A stretch of DNA of 55,882 bases, counting the filler, from Sphacelaria rigidula (lineage: Eukaryota), in assembly GCA_964200075.2 (NCBI GenBank). It is 4 parts of 4 records of this genome, joined end to end, with 100 filler letters (N's around TTAATTAATTAA, not from the genome) between each part and the next. Parts side by side here need not be neighbours in the genome. Positions count along the whole stretch, not along the records: positions 13,997 to 27,892 come from CAXNAA020002601.1; positions 27,993 to 41,887 come from CAXNAA020002602.1; 2 more parts are not named here. One strand, given 5' to 3'. The notes under the pieces are model-generated. The model did no database searches. It worked only from the letters and a program-made list of their open reading frames with translations, and was not told where the DNA came from. The translations under genes were made by a program, and so were the position numbers. How positions within the stretch are numbered: position 1 is the stretch's first letter; every line of letters begins with the position of its first letter. Shown piece after piece: positions 22,529 through 34,800 of the stretch.

Positions 22529-25500
22529 ATGCAGCACATAGCTGTCTCCAAGCTAGGAGATAGTGTTGATTTTCCTTTATGGAAAAGACGCTTCGAGGGC
22601 TTCCTTTTGTCTAACGATTGTGCGCAGGCTTTTACTACAGCTTTTGACATGCCCGTAAGTGAACCCGCAGTTAGTTCCCAGTTATTGGTTGGCCAAGGGG
22701 TCAGTGAGATAAGCATAAGACGATCGCGTATTGCCTGGATGTGTTTGACGCAGAGAACGACGGACCGTGAATTATTAAGCAGGATGTGTGATGAAAACTC
22801 CCCGAGTGCAGGCGGGCGTTTTTTATGTACTTGGTTTTTCCCGAAAACCCTGTCGAAAAAATCGAAGTGGAAACGCTTTCAACGAGTTACAGATGGAGAG
22901 TAAGGACGACCTGATGAAGTTTTTCGCGCGCGTGGATAAGATTGTTGGTATACTAGTGTCTCTAGGGCTACATATGCCTGTAGAGGATGGTAACCTCAAA
23001 ATATTTGAGGTACTCATAAGCAACTACGAGTACGAACAGCGTACAATTTTGTACAGAGACAACATCACCCGAGTAGAAATAGAGACTATTGTAAGACAGA
23101 GGTACACACTCATGTTCAGGAATGATACTAAGAGCCGTAACATGGGGCAAGCTCTCGTCACTAGCAAGCCCACCTGCCGAAATTGCAATCAAGATGGCGC
23201 TAAAGGTGGTAGGGGTGTTTCCAGTGGTATTGTAGCGGACAAGAATGATCAGAGTAGCAGTACGGAACACGTGGGCGAGAAGTACGACGACGTGCGAAAC
23301 AAGTGTCCTCGTTGCTTAGAGCCACGACATCAATGGTTCGACTGTACCGCACACGTCATCCCAGCCCCGAAGAAATCGCAGGATGGCTCTGGTGAAAGCA
23401 TAGCGTGTTAACCGATTGGTATGCAACATAGTAAAAAGGATACGGTGGGAGAGCGTAATAACAGTAATGATGGTATTGAGAGGTGGATAGCTGATGGTGG
23501 AGCAACATTCCATACGACAAAATCAGCTGCATTGCCCCGTGACGTGCAACCATCAGAGAACAGATTTAAGATCGGTAACACTACCCTCATCGACGTTAAG
23601 GGAGATCATTCATTGACTGTAATTTTCCCCAACAGGGCTGGAGGAGTAACAGTAAGGCTTGAGAAGGTCGCATACGTACCCGATTTAACTTTTACCCTTT
23701 CCTCATTAGTAGCTGCGCACACACGAAGAGTAGGCTTCTCGACTGATGACTCGGACATGAGTGTAACCCTACTGGATGGACGTATTAGGTTTTGGAGCGA
23801 TAGATCTGGATACTCAACGTATGGTAGAAGGATTGATTATGATGATGACTGCATCCCCTCTCCCTTATTGGTTCCCGAGTCTGTCGGAAATTCAGTGCAA
23901 CCCGACCCTCCTGTTCCCCTGGCGTTCCCTGTGATTGTCCCCGGTAGTGCCCACCCACGCGAGACCGCCGTAGACATGAACGCCTTCCACTGCATGCAGG
24001 GACATGCCAATAAATACTTATCGAGAGAGACAGCAAACTCGGTAGGTATAGAGTTACTGGGCAACTTAAAACAGTGTACAGGATGTTCTATGGCAAAGGG
24101 GTGCCGGAACTGAACGGCGTTGCCGAGAGAGCTCTGGTGATGACTAAAAATGCCGCACTTGCCACTCGCATCCAAGCCTCAATCCTCTTTCCACATGTCG
24201 AGCTGCCAGCATCGGAGACCCTCTGGGTTGAAGCGATATATTGAGCGTGTGACGCCCTGAACCACACCGCGACAACGTCCAACTTAGGTAGCAAGTCGCT
24301 GTGCGAGATGTGGCACGGCAAGAAAGCACCTGCATCACCACACCCGTTTCTTCGTGCGGGCTTTTGCCGCTGGAACCGACCGTCAAAGTCCTTCCTCAAG
24401 TGCGAAAGTAGCTTTTACCTCGGGCCCGGCATCGACCACCCCCGCGATGCATTACGGATATTGACGCGGGCAAATAAAGTAGTGGAGACAAGGGGCGTCA
24501 CCTGGGGGGCACCGCCTGTCATGGTGATGCCGCCGGTACAACTGCAGCAGCCGGCTTCGCCAAAGCTGGCAGGGGCGTCGGAGCTGGGAGGTTGGAGCTG
24601 GGAGAGACTCCAGAGCCGGGAGAGCCGGATGTTTTCGATTCTTCTCCACCGACTCCATTACAGCTACTGGGTGGAGGAATTCCCCATCAGCGTCAAGTTA
24701 ACTCTCGGCGAAGAATGCAGACCATGGTGATGAACGTGAGCGGGGTTCTCTCGGCGAGAAAAATCAGCCGCCCCCGACAACATGCTTTTCTGCCGACGGC
24801 GACCTCTCAGTGGAGGGGAGCGATTCGTCCTCATCGGACGAAAGTATTCCACTTCCAACGACAGCGCGGACTGCGTGCCAACGTGAGTGAAATCTACTTT
24901 GATCTGAAAATGGCGAAGAGATTCGGCGAACCAGAGCGCAGACGCGAGCGCTCAATCGAGAAGCGTTCGGGCTCGTGACCATGTTACGGCCCGACGGAGG
25001 GGGCAAAATAATCCATGGCCTGCTGACGGTACAGGAGGTTACCCGTGAGACGGGCGAGCTTCCTAAATGTCTCGTCAAGGGAGCAGGGCAGGAGTCGTTG
25101 TCGTATTCTGCGGCGTGTTCATCACCATACTCGGATTTGTAAATGGAGGCGATGAAGAATGAGTTCGATGGAGTCATGGCTGCCGGAACGTTTGCGGAGG
25201 TGACTAGCTCCGAGAGGAGTGCAACATTGTGGGTGCTGAGTGGGTATATAAGCGGAAGAATGTTTCACATGGTATAGTTGACCGGGCGAAAACCCATATG
25301 GTAGCTATGGGGTACCGTCAGGTGGAGGGACTAGACTCGTTTGAGACATTTGCCGTATATGGTGAAGCAGTGCGTGTCAACAAGGCCTTATACGGATTGA
25401 AGTAGAGTGATCGTGCGTGGCATCAATTATTGCCGTCAACCCTGGGGGAGTGTGGTTTCGAGCAATGCTTGGTAGATCCCTGTGTATTCAGATCGAGGGT

Positions 25501-26592
25501 TGATGACGTTGGGGCGATGATGGCCTTTCATGAGGACGACATCATGATAGCAGCTACTGAGGAGGTGACTAAGGTGATAGTCGGTGGATTCGGAGATTTG
25601 CCACTAAACATTTCGGGGAGGTAAAGTGGTACAGGGGAGTGAGTACAAAAGGGACCGGGAAAAAGGTACTCCGGAGATTTCACAAACCCAATTCATCAGG
25701 AGTGTGCTAAATCGTTTTGACGTCTCCCAGACTAATCCCATTCCCGCTACCCCTTCCTTAGACCTCAGGCATGCAAGCGAGGAGGAGACCGTGGTGGATG
25801 TGCCTTTCCTTGAGATCGTGGGGAGCTCGATGTCGATAGCGAACCAGACGAGACCCGATATCGCGAAATGTAGTTCGGGCAGTCGCTCGGTTCTCTCATG
25901 AACAATAGTTGATTCATCTAAAAGCGACACAGCAGATGCTCGAGTATGTGAATACTACTTCGGACTTAGATTTACTTTTCAAGAAGAGTAGCGACTCGGG
26001 ATGTATTCACTTGACGTCTGATTTGGATACCTGTACGCACGTAGACGCAGACTACGCCCATGAGGCGGTAGACCGACGTTCCGTTTCTGGTATAGCTATT
26101 TGCTGTGGAGGTACGCTAGTGTCGTGGTTCTGTAGGACGCAGAAGTGCGTCACCCTATCTACTACTAAGGAAAAGTGTATGTAGCAATGGCAGACGGTGT
26201 CAAGGAGGCCTATGACGGTTTAAGAGACAACCAACTAGACTACTGATCAGTCAGCGCCGACTGGTCAGTAGTCTAGTTGATTGTCTCTTACACCGTCACA
26301 GGCCCTGTATGTGAGAAGGATTATGAAGTTCCTACTGCCCAATTTAGGGTCGAAAAGCATTGGCGTTTGTGAGGACAACACGGGGGCAATAGACCTAGCT
26401 GAAAACCCCTTGAGCTCGTCCAACAGTGAACACATTGATGTACGATACCATTTCCTCAGGAAGCTGATTACTAGTGGTGACATATCCGTGAAATATCTTC
26501 AATCAGAAGAACGGCAGGCGGATATTCTTACCAAAGCCATTGGTAGAGTGAGTTTCGAAAGGCACCGTGATTTCCTTTCAGGCAAGATGTAA
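22529..26592 (+). mobile_element. Degenerate Ty1/copia LTR retrotransposon, internal gag-pol
   Basis: Domains appear in copia order: gag (DFPLWKRRFEGFL), CCHC knuckle CPRCLEPRHQWFDC, protease WIADGGATFH, GAG-pre-integrase HCMQGHAN..CTGCSMAKG, integrase 3' remnant (core deleted), RT remnants (KALYGLK*SDRAW; GFEQCLVDPCVF; TRPDIA) and RNase H (VDADYA..DRRSVSG; EDNTGAIDLAENPLSSSNSEHIDVRYHFLR). Many stops and frameshifts. No LTR pair recognised. Confidence 0.93.
26211..26300. mobile_element. 90-bp fully palindromic mini-element with 4-bp TSD (GGCC), nested in the copia RNase H
   Basis: 45-bp arms pair at 40/45 with no loop. Termini are T(A/G)TGACGG...CCGTCACA. GGCC flanks both sides (26207-26210, 26301-26304). 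Excision restores AMADGVKEALYVRRIMKFL. Confidence 0.9.
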
Positions 26593-27134
26593 AATCCACC
26601 GTTTTTATTTTTTTGTTGCGGTGGACCCTATCAATTGAAATAAGCGATGGTAGTAGGGAGTTCCTATATCAGGTTATTCGATACAATAAGGCCATGCTTA
26701 GGCTTGTTAGTCGACAAAGCTAGAGAGGGTGTTCAATATAGTTGATCTACGAACAGAAGCCAGAAGCATGAGCGGGGAAAATGCGGGGTATTCGAGTGTT
26801 CTTGGACAGTTACTGAGAACGTTCCTTGTGATTGAACAAAGGCACAATCTCCGAGTTCCTATTTCTTTATAACTGTGTGCGTATCTGCTGCGGATCTTTC
26901 GCCGACAATAGATTTTGGGTTGTAGGCAGTCATGACAGGGTAATGCTCTGCGCTCTACTCTCTCACTCATCTCCCTCACCTCTCTTCACCCAATTTCCTA
27001 CGTATGTATAGTAATAGCACAAACTTAAAACACATCTGCGTCTTCTCACTCGCTGAAAGAGGGCAGTGATCTGTTTGGGCACACAGCAAGGAGCTGTTGT
27101 TGCTACAAAGTAGTCTGATCACGATCATTCTAAT

Positions 27135-27350
27135 AATGCGGACGTACAGACTCTGCACGTAATTGACAGCAGGGCCAAAACGCCGGTCAGGGATTCTCCA
27201 GAACTGTTTTTCTACATTGATGCCAACCATCCGCATGTTTTTGACAAGTGGGTTTCGTGTAGCGAGGAAAGAGCTGTTGTTCTGAACCCCAAATGCGGCA
27301 TAGTCCAACTCAATACACTTACTTGTGGGGGGGGTCGCTGTCCAAGTGTC
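27135..27350 (-). repeat. Dispersed repeat, copy 2 (see 5727-5945)
   Basis: Reverse-complement similarity to 5727-5945. Confidence 0.7.
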
Positions 27351-27892
27351 GAACAACCAAAACCATGTTTAAAGACATGTTTCTGCCCCCAAAAGTTCCC
27401 CCTGACAAGGTACGACCTAACATCACCCTCTCTTTGATTTGGCCGTCATCTGTGACTCCGTTCATCATCCTCAAACAATTTCATGCTCAATTATTCGTAA
27501 AATCCTGTGTTTGTTGAGCAGCAAGTCGGTCAGGTTCGGTTGCAGGATATACCGGGGAACAATCCGGCGGCGCACACTGCTGCTGTTAATAATGATGATG
27601 TTGCCCTGGCATCCATTTCGGTTAATGCCATCATGCCGAGACAAGGCACTCTATTATACCCTCGAGGCAGGCCATGGTCGTGACTTCCCCGCACGTGTGC
27701 ATACCCAACTCGCTCGTAGAACAAGATGCTGCGGATCTCGCAAACAAGGGTGCACGACAACGAATTTCCCGCACACCTACGTACCAAATTTGTTTTAGGA
27801 CCCCCGGGGGGGGGTAGGGTACTAGACCCCCCCCCCCCCCCGAAAACAAAAGACATACAAACTCCTATAAACCGATCCCATACTAAATATTC

Positions 27893-27992
27893 NNNNNNNN
27901 NNNNNNNNNNNNNNNNNNNNNNNNNNNNNNNNNNNNTTAATTAATTAANNNNNNNNNNNNNNNNNNNNNNNNNNNNNNNNNNNNNNNNNNNN
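27893..27992. other. Artificial contig linker
   Basis: 44 N + TTAATTAATTAA + 44 N. Confidence 0.95.
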
Positions 27993-28045
27993 GGTCAATG
28001 GTCAAACGACTAAGGCAAGCAACACATGAGAACGCCCCCCCCCCC
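27993..28045 (+). mobile_element. Poly(C)-tailed LINE 3' end
   Basis: GGTCAATGGTCAAACGACTAAGGCAAGCAACACATGAGAACG followed by a C run, directly after the gap. Confidence 0.8.
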
Positions 28046-28415
28046 CTGTCGTAGCATCACTTCAATATTTGGCCTCCACTGTGAACCCCTACCGAACTGT
28101 AGCACGATTCATCTGTCTGGATTAGATCTCGCAACCCTTTGTCCTCACTGGCTAGAGTTGTACTGGCTAGACCAGCAGGGCGCGGCAACAATGCAGTGGT
28201 AAAACGAACGCAAAAAATGGATGCGCAATACGCTAAATGTTCGAATGCTTCGAATGATCGGCCTCTGCAGTATCACCGAAGTATAAATTTTCAGTGTTCT
28301 GCACGATCAGATCAGATACCATCTTCTACAGCCTATTGTCCTCTTTTCCGGAATAGCAGCATAGGAAGTATGTTCTTGAGACAGATTTTTCCCCGACCAA
28401 TAAGATCCACCTCAC

Positions 28416-31400
28416 CTGCGAAACAAAACCCAAGCGCCACCACAACAACACCCCCAATGAGACACACGAGCTTCCTCCGTTGTTTGAGGCGCTGTTGGAA
28501 CTGCCGCTCCCGCTGTTCCCTCGCGACCTGTCTTTCGTGTTGTCGCCTGACCTCTTCTCTTGCTCTCGCCCGAGCAAACGGATCCCGCGTGCTCTGCACA
28601 TCACGTGAAATGGCATTTCGAGCTATCTCTGAAAAGGTCGGCAAAGCAACCCGACCGCCTCCACCACCCCCGACAATGGCGGCGACAGCAGTACCACCGC
28701 CGCTGTGTTGCACCGATATGGTATTGCTGCTGCCGCTACTGCCGCCGTCGACGGTGGAGTAGGCTTCAGCAGCGACAGTAGGCATGGACGGGGAGGGATT
28801 GACGCAGGTGCTGTCGACGAGGCTTTCGACGGGTGAGGAGCAGGAAGGGCTTCCGGCCGCGGACCAGCAGGGAGAGGGGTTGTGCCCCGATTGTTTTACC
28901 GGAATGGGCGGATGGTGTCCTTGCAGCGGAGACGAGCGAGGACTGTGGCTACGACTTCGGCTTCGACTTCGCCTGCGGCGCGCAGACAAAAGTCAAACGG
29001 GTCACACTATGCCTTCTCAGCAAAAGTTGAATCATTGGGTAGAGGGGAAGCAACAATATGTACGGTATGAAACTGAAGAGGGCACACGTCCACATCAACT
29101 GCCATACTCAAGATATCCACGAGGAATACATTCTTCCCTCGCGTGCGACGCTACTATGAACACATGGTTGGTTTGGGCCACATACCGCATTGAAGCACAC
29201 GCAACGACACAGCTGTACAGGCGATGTCTCTTTTGCTTCACACGTAATTTCACGGAAGGGTTTTCGCCGTAGACGCTGTGAAGAGTAAGGGGGTATATTC
29301 AAGGCGACAATATTGTTGCTTGACTGCCGACAACCCGTAACGCAGAGCTAGGTTTTGTTTGCCTATTCGACGAATGCCATCAATTTAATCTCGTCCTATG
29401 CTCCCCTCTGTCATATACATAGACCAGGGACGATGTATGAACTACAGAAACGGACCTGGGAAGAATAACTCGTAAGTCTTTTCCCACTACTTACGCAATG
29501 GATGTGTGTCGAGCCTAGGATCGAAGCCCAGACGATACTGGCGTACCACTGCGATCGATTGCAACACTGGACCAGATCCGTCAAAGCTTGCTTGATGGTC
29601 TTGGTGGGGCAAGTTTCTTCATTGTTGCACTGTGCTAGGAGTGCATGAATGGCCGTCAAACCTGATCTTCCGCCAAAATACCACACGAAGATTAAAGTAG
29701 TTGCGTATTCGGGTGAAGAAAGCAGTCGTGGTTGGGCGACTATACCAATTGATGAGCGGCATGTTGATCCTCAGAGGTTTGTTTTTTTGCATGTGATTCG
29801 CCCGGAACATTCGTAACCATCCACGCACTGGATGTCAGTGGAACCAAGCAGCGTCGATGTTACTGTTGATATCGGTTGCACCGGCTGTTTACACCGACCG
29901 ACAAAAAAAGTGGTCCGTTATTCAGAAATAGCTAGGTATGAAGTTCAAGGTTTATTGTTTTAGGGTAATGAGCTCTTGGTACAAGAAATGGACCACATTG
30001 ATGTCATCATTAGATAAGATTTAGGTGAATCTAGGTAAAGCAGATACGAAATATGGTGCTACTACCTCGTCAGGTCAAGTAGACAACACTACAGAATCGG
30101 GTCGAGAGAAACTACAAGGGAACAGCTCACCCACCAAACGCGGCTTTGCTGGCACCCGTTCACTCCGAAAATTTTAACTTGAGGCTGTGGCCACGGGTAG
30201 CATGTGATGTAAACGATGCGCTCATGATTGCCATCGACTAGGAACTACCTTCTATGGCACGTCGATCTGCTCCAAGAAGTTCATGTTTTATAGACGGACC
30301 TAAGTCGGGAAAAAACGCGCCTGAAAATATCAAAGTTCACGCCGACATCAATGATGACATGGCCACAACTCTCATCGCTCTCGTATACACTTCAACAGCA
30401 TGGCTTTTTCTGGGAGCACACGTGAGGTTTTTGAGCGGTTCCTTACGCCAGAAGTCCAGGCATTTCTTTGGCACAAAGTTACTATTATAGGCGACTTGGG
30501 GTAGAACCCATGAGCCTGGGTATGCGTCAAGTGTCCGCAAGTCTTGAATTTAGAGCACGCGTTGACCCTATATTCTCGCTTCGCTCGTCCACTAATGTGC
30601 CAGACCATTTCCTCTCTCTGTTTCATCGCGCCGCGAGGTTCACCTAATGATGTACTTGCCATTGGCGGCTGAATCATGACGCGCGCTAGATGTACAGTAC
30701 CACGCGTTCCTCGATAAGAACTCAGCGAAAGTGCAAAACACAGTTGGTTAGCGCTGTTCTCCGACTAATGCCGAGATTTCCCCCCCACCGCAAAAAGTGC
30801 ACCGGAGACCGTCCGACAAACCGGCTGCGATCCCACAACCGGGCTCGTTTGCAGCAACTTTCGTCCACATGAAAGGCGTGTAGCAGTCCGAAATCAGCTA
30901 TAACGCCCAAATGAGTCGCGTCGTGTAGCAGACAGCTCTAACGGCATTCATGATCATCGCCTCCGTGCACTTTTTTGGCCGGTCCGGGGGGGGCGATCGC
31001 GGCAGAAGTTCTCCCCGGAACGGAGGAACAACCTTGTCAGACCTTCTGACGAATGGAGAAACATGCCAATAATGTAAACATCGACTTGATAAAACATTCT
31101 GACAGTTTGCCTGGATTCAAAACTATTGCTTCTTGAACGTAGGCCGCCGTAAGGAGTGTGATCATGTGGCATCAGGCCGCCAAATTATTTGGGCTCGCTG
31201 ATCCAAGCAAGAGTTGTAGACCACAAGAACAGAGCAAGAATGAACATGTCCCAAACAGGATGGTGTCGTCTACTGGTTCCGTTAAGTCGTTCGATCCCGT
31301 ATGTTTTCGCCACCTACTGCACCATAGCATTAGTAATAGCCTTACATCGACATCTATATGCGTACTGTATGCACTCGCGTTCGATATAGTCATCGACGGC

Positions 31401-31523
31401 AGGCACCCACGCGCCCCACTGAAACTCCACACACACTACGTTGACTAGAAACCACACTCATGTATCTCACCCACGTATAGAGCTTCCTCCATTTTTCAGC
31501 GGTGGCGCGAAAGCAGCACACAT
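28416..31523 (-). CDS. Hypothetical Ser/Arg-rich protein with coiled coil and C-proximal TM helix, spliced, 3' end unresolved
   Basis: complement join(31523..31471,28972..28416): MCAAFAPPLKNGGSSIRG|RSRSRSRSHSPRSSP...ARARAREEVRRQHERQVAREQRERQFQQRLKQRRKLVCLIGGVVVVALGFCFAG|. Donor GG|GTGAGA, acceptor CCGCAG|G (phase 2) and donor GCAG|GTGAGG. Exon 1 is less certain. Phase-compatible final exons exist at 27504-27491 (GFYE*) and near 27776-27631, both beyond an assembly gap. Confidence 0.5.
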
Positions 31524-31827
31524 CACCTTGGATGCGTACTGCAGAATTCACAAGGCGCAGAGACGCCGTACTGTCTAGTCGGTAGACACAGTAGCGCCGT
31601 CCATCGTTTTGTGTGTGATCACGATACGTGCGGCACAACCTACGCATACGCGGTGAAATTGGTTGCGGTTCGACGAGGCAGCGTTTGTTTTCGGCACAGG
31701 TACAGCAGTGCAGTACTGCAGTATCGTGTGGCAAGTGAGTAGCGATCTTTTCCAATCGAACTTCCTCACCCCCACTATATGTAGGAACCGAACTGTTCTT
31801 TCCAAGGACAGAAGTCAACCGCGAATC
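31524..31827. promoter_or_regulatory. Putative bidirectional promoter region
   Basis: Only ~300 bp separate the divergent start codons at 31523 (-) and 31828 (+). This depends on the minus-strand exon-1 call. Confidence 0.35.
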
Positions 31828-34800
31828 ATGGGAGATGAGGAAGTGGAGTACAAAGCAGAGTATCTAGATACGGCAGAGGATGCCGAACCTGAGGTACAGT
31901 ACATCGCGGTGTTCACCAACGCCGCTCCGCATGTATGACAATCATGAGCAAATATATACTAGGCTACATGCGTATCTGTGCCTCATTGATGCGCCCACAT
32001 ACACCGGAAGGTGTAGGTGTCCAGAATAAAATGGGAGGAAACATGCGTACCCATACACATGCAAGTCAAGCTCGATCCAAATCGATCCAACGAGAAGTAG
32101 GTCTCTCTGTATACACCGTCTGTCCAGACGGATCACAACAGAAAAACGTGGTACGTACTGTAGCTTCCATAAACCGAAGTACCACAAGGGTCATGATCTG
32201 CTGGGTAGTAGGCGTATGCGTGCTGCACTACTACGACTAGAAACAGTTTCCACAATTTCGCGCAGAATATTGCCGTCCTTGCCTCGAAATGAACGGCAAC
32301 GATTATCGGCCGCTAATCAAGGCTCTTTACGCTCTTTTACTACCGTAAGAAAACGAAATGTATACACCTTTCTAGGATGCGAAATGAGGATGTGGAGCTC
32401 TACTATACTGGGACGAGCAGAGAGAAGCAGGTTAAAGGCAAACGCTCTCCCGAAAAGCGTCCTGCCGGCGCCCAACATCTTTCCTAAAATACCACTCACC
32501 TACATATCTTTCGAAACCGCCATCTCCCTGTTTGAGGGAAGTTGTTGTGTGTGGCATTGGTCTATATTATACTTGCACTTCCAGAGAATGCACACGATGG
32601 CAGATGACTCATGCATCAGGTGGGCTGCAGGTACCTGTCCTTTCGAGAACCAAATTCCTGAGATGGTCCATGAAAGAATCAGTTGAACAGCTTGAAGCCA
32701 CATTGATGCTCTGGTGAACTACAAACACTACCGAGACATGGCACGCGGAATCTCTTGTGTTGTCACTTATTTGTAGACCGACTTACAGGTAATGCCAGCA
32801 GCCATTTCTTCCCACGGGATGCCAACAATCCGGTACTCCAACGGTGCATATCGAAGTCGTGGACCGTGGCCTATCATTCCGCATATCGATATTGTTATGC
32901 CGAGCATAGCACAAGTATAAGGCTGTTCGTAGTACTACCTGTATTCCCAGCGCGCTCCACAGCCAAGGTTCCGTGTGCCAGAAGATTGGGAGGAAGGTAG
33001 ATGTCCGAATACAGGGATCTCTTTCGTTCGAAAAAGAGCTGTTGGGCAACTAGAAATAGCAACGCGCAGTCATCTTCCCCTCACCTCGTTCACCAATCGC
33101 ATGTACGATGTGCGTGGTAGCTCCCGGTGTGCCGTGTTTAATCATATCGAAACAGAGAGCAACCTACCATTGCTCTCAAGAATATCCTTTCAAATCGGTA
33201 GACACCTCGAAAATGCCATGGTGCGGAAGACCCATCCTCATAAATTGAACGAGCAGAGATGCCGCGCAGGTTGCCAACTGGTTGCCCAGGCCGGGAAAGG
33301 CGAAGGTGACCTACGCGGGCGGATCAACATTTGAGGGTGTGTTCAACGGAGAGAGAATCAAGGAAGGGGTAGGGAAATATACGTGGATGAAGCTTCCCGA
33401 GGAAGATGGAGAGGACCCTCAGGTATCGCATATACCGCAGTACTCGGCTCTCGCACCGCCCCCTATCATTTTTCATGTTCGATTTTGACATGACGCAAGA
33501 CCCTGAAATGTCGAAGGAGTAGGTTTATCGGCATATCTCGACTATTTTCTTCGAAACACAGCTGCGTGCGGAGCAATGCTACGATAGGGGTGCACTTTTT
33601 GCGCAAAATCTTGTCCGGTTCAGGGGCTCTTAACGATTCCAGATGCACAAGAACGTGGGTCAGGACATCCCCGTTTACAAATTCATTCGGGATATCCCCA
33701 GCATCTTGGGATAGTAATCCGGGCGTACTCTCACATATTTTCATACGTCATGTTTTGGATGAGATAGCGGGCTCCTTACAATTCTAAACTCAGAAAATAT
33801 TTATGCACCACTACCGTAGCACCACTCTGCGCAACGAGCACCATCGCTGCCGAATCTGAAGAATGACACTCATCAGGGAACGCAATAACAAATAGTGTAA
33901 CGAGACCTGTAGGAGCCTATTACGGGTAAATATGATTTCTAAACTAGCATTGCTTTACCGGACGGTTATTAATGGACGTATATTTAACGCGCCGTGGTGG
34001 TGACAACAACTTGAAAATATATAGGCTCTTCATCTGTTTTGCATCCACGGTGGCTGAGTCTATATTTCGAACTGATGACTTGGTACGATCACTCTTTGTG
34101 AAACCCAGATCCCCAGCAAGTGGAATGTTTGGGGATAAGCGCCGCAGTTTCCCCCAGCGTACACGGCAAATAACGGTCCACTTGTGCCTCACTGAAAACA
34201 TCGCACTGTACTGAAAGCTATACAGCGCACATGTGCGCCGTCGGCACATTTGAAGGAGTTCGCTGTCTTGCAAAAGTCGTGTTGCCACGAAAAACATCGG
34301 TCGCTATGCCTTTTGCTAGTACTTCATTCATCAACTGAAAGGAAACATAAGTAAAGGTAGTATGGTACGGATTCAGCATCACACCAACCGCGGTGGGGAG
34401 GGGTCATCACAGGATTAGCCCCAAATCTGGTATTGTTGCTCGTTCAGGTACAAGCGATCTTCGAGGGTGATTACGTGGACGGGAAAAAATCTGGCCATGG
34501 CAAGATGACATTTCCTAATGGAGATGTGTACACGGGAGCATGGAAGAACAATCTCATGGAAGGAGAAGGGACATACGTCTACAAGGTACCGTGGGCTTAT
34601 GGTAGACTGCCGAATCACGGGCAACAGTCGTGGTCTACGAGGCTGCACTACCCTTTCTTCATAGGCTGGTACCTGCTCATCAATTTTTCTTCTGCGAACC
34701 AGCACCGCACGTTGAGTGGTCCTGATCCCCTCTAATTCGACGATTCGGTCGCACGTTGTGCTCTCTTCCGTGCAGGCCGTCGCGGCGGCCTCTGTTGCTT

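Noticed and set aside
26770-27000. 3' LTR of the copia element after a purine tract (GAGCGGGGAAAA-TG)
   Set aside because: No matching 5' LTR or PBS could be found upstream of gag.
30280-30470. hAT dimerisation-domain relic (LDFWRK...RRVFSRL on the minus strand)
   Set aside because: It needs a frameshift and wrong spacing between motifs; too weak without an HMM search.
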